DNA of 61,034 nucleotides, taken from assembly GCA_046727415.1 (NCBI GenBank), contig JBKPCO010000112.1, forward strand, positions 1-61,034, written 5' to 3'. Positions 54,744-61,034 of the stretch are shown one piece after another. Every line of letters begins with the position of its first letter. Position 1 is the first letter of the stretch. The position numbers and the translations under genes were made by a program. The notes under the pieces were generated by a model. The model did no database searches. It was not told the DNA's origin and saw nothing but the letters and a program-made list of their open reading frames with translations. This DNA comes from Candidatus Methylomirabilota bacterium (GTDB taxonomy: Bacteria; Methylomirabilota; Methylomirabilia; Rokubacteriales; CSP1-6).

Positions 54744-55235
54744 ATGAGGAGTCGCTTTAGCAAAACGATGCTCGTGCTGACGACGCCGCTGCTTATTGCA
54801 GCACTTGGCGGCTGCGTGTGGAGGACCAAAGAGGTCAGAGAGGTCGATCGCGACAAGGGCTCGACGGTCGTCACGGCTCCGCCCAGCGGTCCGGTGGTGA
54901 TGAGCCAGGGCGCGACACCGACAGCGCCGCCACCGCCCACAGTATCGGGCCAGACCGATCGCGTCATGTACCAGGAAGGACGCTGGCAGCTCTATGGCGA
55001 CGGCAGGACCATGCCGTATTACTGGGTATGGATCCCGACGGGCGCGAGCCTGACGAGTACGCCGATGCCGCCGCCTCGCCCGACGGGCGTCGTGGCGAGA
55101 TCGAACCAGGTGGTCACCTACCCCGAGGGGCGCTGGCAGCTCTACGGTGACGGCCAATCCACGCAGTACTACTGGGTCTGGATTCCGAGCGGCGTGACGC
55201 CGCCGAATCCGCCTCTTCCGCCTCAGGCCGGATAA
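54744..55235 (+). CDS. Lipoprotein with two 50-aa-spaced 'EGRWQLYGDG-x5-YYWVWIP-G' repeats and Pro-rich tails
   Basis: 163 aa from the ATG at 54744. Lipobox 'LGGC'. The alternative ATG at 54720 adds 8 aa. Confidence 0.65.
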   Translation: MRSRFSKTMLVLTTPLLIAALGGCVWRTKEVREVDRDKGSTVVTAPPSGPVVMSQGATPTAPPPPTVSGQTDRVMYQEGRWQLYGDGRTMPYYWVWIPTGASLTSTPMPPPRPTGVVARSNQVVTYPEGRWQLYGDGQSTQYYWVWIPSGVTPPNPPLPPQAG

Positions 55236-55374
55236 CTTCGGTTTGGCTTCGTCGGAGGGGGCGCGGGGCGTCCCCTCCGACGCGCCCGCTCCGTCGATGT
55301 CGCTCGCTGGCTAGAGTGCGCGGCCCGCAGTATAGTCCCGATGGTCGGTCGCACACTCCCGAGGAGGCGAGGTC

Positions 55375-56607
55375 ATGACGGACGACGGCGGTCCGTTGAC
55401 ACGGCGCTGGACTGAGCAGCGCTGGCTGCTCGACAACACGATTCGCGCGGTCGGGATGGACTGGGATCAGCCGCGGTCCATCTACCTCTCCGTTCCATGC
55501 GGTCCGGAGGCCAACGCCGACTTCGCGGCGATTCGCCAGCGCATCACCAAGCTCGCCGACGCCTCGCCCGCGTTCGAGGCGGTCGCTCGCCGGCGCGAGA
55601 CCAGGGCGCAGGCGGCCGAAAGCAATCAGGACCTGGTCACCGCGCGCGAGAACTACTTCATGGCCAGCGTGCACTGGGCCGCCGCGCAGTGGCCGATCGA
55701 CACGAACAACGAGCAGAACCGTTTCTACAACGGCAAGAAGCGCGAGTGCTACACGAATTACGCGAAGCTCGCCGACCACCACGTGGAGGCGGCATGGATT
55801 CCCCTGCCTGGCGGCGCGAAGCTCCCGGCATGGTTTCACCTGCCGCCCGGCTATCGGGGCGGCCGGATTCCCGTGGTCATCTCGTTGCCCGGCATGGATA
55901 GCTTCAAGGAGATCGGCGTCGCCATGTACGGCGATCGATGGCTCTCACGCGGCATGGCGGTCCTGGCGCTCGACGGCCCCGGTCAGTACGAGAGCCCGGT
56001 GCTCGGCATCTACTTCAGCATGCCGGCGTGGATGGCCAGCGGTAAGGCGGCGGTCCAGTGGCTGACGGGCCGCCCCGAGATCGATCCCGATCGAATCGGC
56101 ATGGCCGGAAATAGCTTCGGTTCGTTCTTCGGGACGATCGCGGCCGCCCACGAGCCGCGCATCCGGGCGGTGGCGGTCTCGGCCGTGTGCCACGAGCCCG
56201 GCTTCCACACGATCTTCGAGGAAGCGTCGCCGACCTTCAAGATGCGGTTCATGTACATGTCCGGCATCACCGACGAGGCCCGCTTCGACGAGTTCCGCGA
56301 GACGATGACCTGGGAGGGGCATGCCGAGAAGATCCGCGCGCCCTACCTGTGCCTCGCCGGAGAATTCGACGAGCTCTCGCCGCTCGAGCACACCGAGCGT
56401 CTGATGAAGACGCTCGGCGGGCCTAAACGTCTCGTCGTCTACCAGGATTCGCGCCACTCGGTCGGCAACGTCCCGGCCGCGAACCTCGGGCCCTTTCCAC
56501 CGATTCTCGCCGCTGACTGGATGGCGTCGACGCTCGCCGGCAATGTCTTCGCCAGCGAGAAGTGGTTCGTGGAAGCCAGCGGACGCATTCTCAAGACTCC
56601 TCTCTGA
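55375..56607 (+). CDS. Alpha/beta hydrolase (FrsA/DUF1100-like)
   Basis: 410 aa with the nucleophile elbow 'GNSFG' and a C-terminal 'DSRHS' His. Confidence 0.8.
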   Translation: MTDDGGPLTRRWTEQRWLLDNTIRAVGMDWDQPRSIYLSVPCGPEANADFAAIRQRITKLADASPAFEAVARRRETRAQAAESNQDLVTARENYFMASVHWAAAQWPIDTNNEQNRFYNGKKRECYTNYAKLADHHVEAAWIPLPGGAKLPAWFHLPPGYRGGRIPVVISLPGMDSFKEIGVAMYGDRWLSRGMAVLALDGPGQYESPVLGIYFSMPAWMASGKAAVQWLTGRPEIDPDRIGMAGNSFGSFFGTIAAAHEPRIRAVAVSAVCHEPGFHTIFEEASPTFKMRFMYMSGITDEARFDEFRETMTWEGHAEKIRAPYLCLAGEFDELSPLEHTERLMKTLGGPKRLVVYQDSRHSVGNVPAANLGPFPPILAADWMASTLAGNVFASEKWFVEASGRILKTPL

Positions 56608-56622
56608 GAACAGAGGCCAACG

Positions 56623-57333
56623 ATGACCGACTATCGCACTGTCGAGCGGCAGCTCTCCGAGGCTCTCGGGCTCCAGCGCCGCCCCGTCGCCGTCGCGTTC
56701 CGACCCGCTCCCCCGCCCGGCGTCCCGCGCTTCTCGGGGGTCGAGCCGTCAGGATGCAGCTTCTGGCGCCTCGCCATGAGCGACCAGACCTTCTACACGG
56801 TTCCGGCCGACCACCACAACTGCCCGATCGGGAGCTACACGCACAACATCACGCTGCCGGCGGAGCGCGCTAAGGAGCTCGAGCAGACGCTCGGGCTCAT
56901 GGTCGATCTCGGCTATCTGCGCATGGAGGAGGTGCCGGGAATTCCGAGGCTCCCGACAGCGCCGGGCGCCGTGGTGTACGCGCCGCTCGGCGACATCCCG
57001 GTCGATCCCGACGTCGTCCTCGTGGCCGGTCGCCCCGGGCGCGTGATGCTCTTGCAAGAAGCCGCGCTCCGCGCCGGCATCGCCTCGCCCGCGCCGCTTC
57101 TCGGCCGACCGACCTGCATGGCGCTCCCCGCCTCGCTCGCCCAGGGAGTCATCGCGACCACCGGCTGCGTCGGCAACCGCGTCTACACCGATCTGGGTGA
57201 AGACGAGCTCTACGTGGTCATCCCAGGGAAAGACGTCGCGCGGGTGGCAGCCGAGGCTCAGACGATCGCGAACGCCAACCTCAAGCTGACCGAGTACCAT
57301 CAGGGCCGTCGTCAGACCCTGGCGACGCAATAG
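56623..57333 (+). CDS. DUF169 domain protein
   Basis: 236 aa with 'PVAVAF', 'GCSFW' and 'HHNCPIGSYTH', typical of DUF169. Confidence 0.8.
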   Translation: MTDYRTVERQLSEALGLQRRPVAVAFRPAPPPGVPRFSGVEPSGCSFWRLAMSDQTFYTVPADHHNCPIGSYTHNITLPAERAKELEQTLGLMVDLGYLRMEEVPGIPRLPTAPGAVVYAPLGDIPVDPDVVLVAGRPGRVMLLQEAALRAGIASPAPLLGRPTCMALPASLAQGVIATTGCVGNRVYTDLGEDELYVVIPGKDVARVAAEAQTIANANLKLTEYHQGRRQTLATQ

Positions 57334-57362
57334 CGCCCGGCCCTTCCGGAGGAAACGCCGAG

Positions 57363-57887
57363 ATGTCGGACGAGACGCCGCTCCAGTTCCAGATCAGAAA
57401 GCTCGGCCACGTCGTGCTCAACGTCACCGACCTCGAGGCGTCGGTGCGTTTCTACACGGAGGTGCTCGGCCTCCCGATCAGCGATCGCTATCCGGACAGC
57501 ATGGTGCCGGGCGGTATGGTCTTCATGCGCTGCAACGCCGATCATCACGGCGTGGCGCTGGTCGGCGGCGCGAAGAAAGGCGAGCGCTCCAGCCTGAATC
57601 ACTTCGCATTCGAGGTGGCGACGCTCGACGAAGTGTTCCGCACGCGGGCGTGGCTCCGCAAGCACGGCGTGCCGATCGTCTTCGAAGGGCGCCGGCGCGC
57701 CGGCTGCCAGATCGCCGTCGAGTTCCAGGACCCCGACGGCAATAACCTGGAAATCTACTGGGGTATCGACCAGGTCGGCACCAGCGGTTACGTGCGGCCC
57801 GCGAGCGAATGGCGCCAGGCGCGCACGCTCGAAGACGCGGTCGCGAACTTGCCGCCCGGCCAGCGGCTGCCGCTCTTCTCTCAGTGA
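57363..57887 (+). CDS. VOC-family protein (extradiol dioxygenase/glyoxalase-like)
   Basis: 174 aa with 'LGHVVLNVTDLEASVRFYTEVLGL' and 'LNHFAFEV'. Confidence 0.8.
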   Translation: MSDETPLQFQIRKLGHVVLNVTDLEASVRFYTEVLGLPISDRYPDSMVPGGMVFMRCNADHHGVALVGGAKKGERSSLNHFAFEVATLDEVFRTRAWLRKHGVPIVFEGRRRAGCQIAVEFQDPDGNNLEIYWGIDQVGTSGYVRPASEWRQARTLEDAVANLPPGQRLPLFSQ

Positions 57888-57933
57888 TTCATCCGGCCGT
57901 GACGAGCCCCGGCAGCGAGGGGAGCGCGCCGCA

Positions 57934-58782
57934 CTGCCAAGCCTGAACCTGATCGGCCAGTCGCTGCTGGCCGGGCTCTTCACGGGCGGCCTCTACGCGC
58001 TGCTCGGGCTGGGGCTCAGCGTCACCTGGGGCCTCCTGCGCGTGATCAACCTCGCCAACTTCGCGCTGGCGTTTCTCGGCGCGTATCTCACCTACCAGCT
58101 GGCGACGTCGCAGGGGCTCGATCCGATCCTGACGCTCGTGGTGATCGCGCCCGGCTTCTTCGTCGTCGGGATCGTGCTGGAGCTCGGCTTCCTGCGCTTC
58201 CGGATCAACGAGCTCACCTCGCTCATCGTCACCTTCGGGCTCACGGTCATCCTCGAGAGCCTGATCCAGTGGATCTGGACCGCCGACTTCAGGCGCCTGG
58301 AGTGGCCGTACACACGGGTGTCCCTCCGCGTAGGGCCGCTCTTCGTGGGCCTGACCGGATTGCTCGCCTTCGCCGCCGCGGTGCTCTTGGCGCTCGGCAC
58401 GTGGGCGTGGCTTCGCTGGAGCTATCTCGGCAAGGCCGCGCGGGCCAGCGCGCAAGATGGGCCGATGGCCTCCGCGTTCGGCGTCAATCGTCACCGGCTG
58501 GCCCTCCTCTTGGCCGGCCTCAGCACGGCCTATGCGGCCGTGGCGGGGTTGTTCATCGCGCTCAACCACACGCTGGCGCCATCGCAGATTTACTCGTGGA
58601 TCGGCGTCGTCTTCGCCGCCGTCATCATTGGCCGGCTCGGCAACGCCTTCGGCCTGCTCGCCGCCTCGGTCTTCATCGCCGCCAGCGAGGCGGTGACGAT
58701 GGCGGTGACGGCACCGGGCTGGGCGCCGCTGGTCTCGTTCACGCTCCTGATCCTGATCTTGCTGCTGCGCCCCGAGCTGTGA
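57934..58782 (+). CDS. LivH-family ABC permease; conserved N-terminus precedes the first canonical start (proposed CTG start)
   Basis: The ORF track starts at the GTG at 58042. However, in-frame upstream sequence encodes 'LNLIGQSLLAGLFTGGLYALLGLGLSVTWGLLRV', which is LivH TM1. GGGGAG lies 9 nt before the CTG at 57934. Confidence 0.7.
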   Translation: MPSLNLIGQSLLAGLFTGGLYALLGLGLSVTWGLLRVINLANFALAFLGAYLTYQLATSQGLDPILTLVVIAPGFFVVGIVLELGFLRFRINELTSLIVTFGLTVILESLIQWIWTADFRRLEWPYTRVSLRVGPLFVGLTGLLAFAAAVLLALGTWAWLRWSYLGKAARASAQDGPMASAFGVNRHRLALLLAGLSTAYAAVAGLFIALNHTLAPSQIYSWIGVVFAAVIIGRLGNAFGLLAASVFIAASEAVTMAVTAPGWAPLVSFTLLILILLLRPEL

Positions 58783-60527
58783 GCCGCCTACGGCTCTCGC
58801 CCGCGCTCGGCCTCGTCCTGGCGGCCGCGGCCGCGCTGGCCCTGGTGCCAGCGCTGAAGCTCCCGGCCTTCTACGAGACGTTCCTGTACCTGATCTGCTT
58901 CTGGGTGTCGCTGGCCACGAGCTGGAACATCCTCAGCGGGTACGCCGGCTACTTCAGCTTCGGCCACGCCGCGTTCTTCGGCGCGGGCGTCTACACGACG
59001 GCCACGCTCGCGGCCACGCTCGGCGTCCCCTTCCTGTGGACCCTGCCGGCGGCCGGGCTCGTCGCCGCGCTGCTGGGCACCGGCATCGCCGCGGTGGTGT
59101 TTCGCGTCCGCGGCGTGCGGGGCGAGCTCTTCGGTCTCTTGACGCTCGCCATCACGTTCGTGCTGTCGACGATCGCGCTGAACACGAAGATCGACGGCGG
59201 ACCGGGCGTGTTCCTGGCCGCGGTGCCCATCCCCACGCTCTTCGGCGCGCCGGCGACGACGCTCTATCTCCTGTCGCTGCTGGTCGCGCTCTTCTCCATT
59301 GTGGCGGCCCTGACGATCTATCGCTCGCGCTGGGGCATGGGGCTCTTCGCGATCCGCGACGACGAGGACGTGGCCGAGGTGCTCGGCGTTCCCACGTATC
59401 GCTACAAGCTCATCGCCTTCGCGTTGAGCTGCTTCATCGCCGGGCTGATCGGCGGTATTCACGCGATGTTCGTGACGTACGTGACGGTCGCCGAGACATT
59501 CTCGGTCGGCCTCGCCGTGGACGCGATCATGATGGCGGCACTCGGCGGCACGCGGTTCTGGTACGGCCCGGCCATCGGCGCGGTCATCGTCACCGCGCTC
59601 ACCCAGTCCCTCACCGGCGGCGACAGCGCGATCCTGAACCGCGCGCTGATCGGCGCGATCCTGATCGCCGTCATCGTCTTCCTGCCCGACGGTGTCGCCG
59701 GCGGGCTGAGCCGGTGGGGACGGCGTGCGGCCACGAAGCCATCTGTCGCCCCGGCGCAAGCCGCGGCTGAGGGACCGCGGGAAGGTGTCGCCGCACCAGC
59801 GAGCGCCCCACTGCTCGTCTGCGCCGACGTGAAGAAGGCGTTTCGCGGCCTTCAGGCTCTCGCCGGCGTCACGCTCGAGGTCCGGGCCGGCGAGATCCTC
59901 GGCCTCATCGGACCGAACGGCTCGGGCAAGTCGACGCTGATCAATGTGGTGAGCGGCTACTATCAGAGCGACGGCGGGCGAATCGCGCTCGACGGTCAGG
60001 ATATCGCGCGCGTCCAGGCTCACCGCATCGCGAGTCTTGGTCTGGCCCGGACCTATCAGATCCCCCGTTCCTTTCGCCGGCTGAGCGTCCTCGACAACGT
60101 CGCGCTGGCGGCGATGTTCGGCGGCGGTCTCGGCCGCGACGCCGGACGGCGCGTGGCGCGCTCGTGGCTCGCCTTCACCGGTCTCGCCGCCCGGGCCGAC
60201 GCGCTGCCCGACGAGCTGAATCTCCTGGAGCGCAAGTTCCTGGATTTCGCCCGCGCGCTCGCCTCCGAGCCGCGCCTCGTCCTGCTGGACGAGGTGCTCT
60301 CGGGTCTCACGCCCGCGCAGATGACCGACGCGTTGCAGCTCGTCCGCAAGGTCCGGGACCGCGGGACGACGGTCATCTTCGTCGAGCACATCATGCGGGC
60401 GGTGCTCGACCTGGCCGACCGCGTCGTCGTCCTGAACGGCGGGCAGGTCATCGCCCAGGGTCTGCCGAGGCAGGTCATGTCCGATCCCGACGTCGTCCGC
60501 GCGTATCTGGGAAAGACCTATGCTTGA
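58779..60527 (+). CDS. Fused LivM-type permease / LivG-type ATPase
   Basis: 582 aa from the GTG at 58779 (GTGA overlap with the upstream stop). Permease region ('GYAGYFSFGHAAFFGAGVY'), an Ala/Pro linker, then an ABC ATPase ('GPNGSGKST', 'LLDEVLSGL'). Confidence 0.85.
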   Translation: MSRLRLSPALGLVLAAAAALALVPALKLPAFYETFLYLICFWVSLATSWNILSGYAGYFSFGHAAFFGAGVYTTATLAATLGVPFLWTLPAAGLVAALLGTGIAAVVFRVRGVRGELFGLLTLAITFVLSTIALNTKIDGGPGVFLAAVPIPTLFGAPATTLYLLSLLVALFSIVAALTIYRSRWGMGLFAIRDDEDVAEVLGVPTYRYKLIAFALSCFIAGLIGGIHAMFVTYVTVAETFSVGLAVDAIMMAALGGTRFWYGPAIGAVIVTALTQSLTGGDSAILNRALIGAILIAVIVFLPDGVAGGLSRWGRRAATKPSVAPAQAAAEGPREGVAAPASAPLLVCADVKKAFRGLQALAGVTLEVRAGEILGLIGPNGSGKSTLINVVSGYYQSDGGRIALDGQDIARVQAHRIASLGLARTYQIPRSFRRLSVLDNVALAAMFGGGLGRDAGRRVARSWLAFTGLAARADALPDELNLLERKFLDFARALASEPRLVLLDEVLSGLTPAQMTDALQLVRKVRDRGTTVIFVEHIMRAVLDLADRVVVLNGGQVIAQGLPRQVMSDPDVVRAYLGKTYA

Positions 60528-61034
60528 GATCGAGCGCCTCGAGGTCGCGCACGGCGACGCTGTGGCCGTCTGGGACGTGTCGCTGCGGATCGGCGACCGC
60601 GAGCTCGTCACGGTGGTCGGGCCCAACGGCGCCGGCAAGACCACGCTCATCGACGCGATCGCTGGCCTGCTGCCGATCAGGTCGGGCACGATGCAGCTCG
60701 ACGGACGCGATCTCGCCTCGGTCGCGCCGCACGAGCTCTGCCGTTTCGGCATCGCGCTCGTCCCGGAAGGGCGGCGCCTCTTCCCGGCCATGACCGTCGA
60801 GGAAAATCTCGAGATCGGCTGCTACGCCCGGCCGGCCCGGAAGCTCCGCGCCCGAAGCCTCGACCGCGTCTACGCGACCTTCCCGCTCCTGCGCGAGCGG
60901 CGGCAGCAGCTCGCCGGCTCGCTCTCCGGCGGCCAGCAGCAGATGGTCGCGATCGGGCGGGCGCTCATGGCGATGCCGCGGCTCTTGCTCCTCGACGAGC
61001 CGTCACTCGGCCTGGCGCCGCACGTCGTCGATCA
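60520..61034 (+). CDS. livF: LivF-family ABC ATP-binding protein, 3'-partial at window edge
   Basis: The ATG at 60520 overlaps the upstream gene end. 'GPNGAGKTT', 'LSGGQQQ' and 'LLLDEP'. The frame is open to nt 61034. Confidence 0.9.
   Translation, partial: MLEIERLEVAHGDAVAVWDVSLRIGDRELVTVVGPNGAGKTTLIDAIAGLLPIRSGTMQLDGRDLASVAPHELCRFGIALVPEGRRLFPAMTVEENLEIGCYARPARKLRARSLDRVYATFPLLRERRQQLAGSLSGGQQQMVAIGRALMAMPRLLLLDEPSLGLAPHVVD

Overview
High-GC (by eye about two-thirds to 70% G+C) bacterial chromosomal segment. It is densely coding on both strands, and I saw no rRNA, tRNA, CRISPR array, transposase or integrase. I support about 55 protein genes. Many long entries in the ORF track are antisense 'shadow' ORFs typical of high-GC DNA, or read-through upstream of the real start. 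Gene content from start to end: (1) 1-13.6 kb holds housekeeping and accessory enzymes: a GT4 glycosyltransferase, FIST plus methyltransferase, DUF420, an atypical NRAMP, an amidase, an MBL hydrolase, a Zn-ADH, a decayed vapBC-type remnant, ketopantoate reductase, a PatB-type lyase, and a TPR/PMT_2 membrane protein. (2) 13.7-26.2 kb is a cation-homeostasis island: a KimA-type APC permease, mgtE, kdpFABC preceded by an extra 29-aa hydrophobic ORF, kdpDE, and two paralogous small 2-TM proteins. A promoter/operator module is duplicated within this island. (3) 26.2-32.6 kb is the most unusual locus. It reads as one operon behind a sigma-54-type promoter. It encodes an exported DsrE-like protein, an orphan PhnD-like binding protein, and two tandem receptors. 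Each receptor joins a Hanks-type kinase domain with degenerate catalytic motifs (predicted pseudokinase), a TM helix and a periplasmic PF04392-like solute-binding domain. (4) 32.9-50.4 kb holds two cyclic-amide (hydantoinase-type) catabolic modules. One has a GatC/AtzG-like 63-aa partner for an amidase. A Liv-type ABC system with a structured GC-rich intercistronic repeat lies here too. So does a REC-PilZ-GAF histidine kinase behind another -24/-12 element. (5) 50.5-61 kb holds a secreted repeat protein, 2-hydroxyacid dehydrogenase, VOC proteins, a solitary mreB, ABM, a repeat lipoprotein, a hydrolase/DUF169/VOC trio, and a second Liv-type ABC system with a fused permease-ATPase. All functional calls come from motif and architecture recognition by eye. 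No database search was run.
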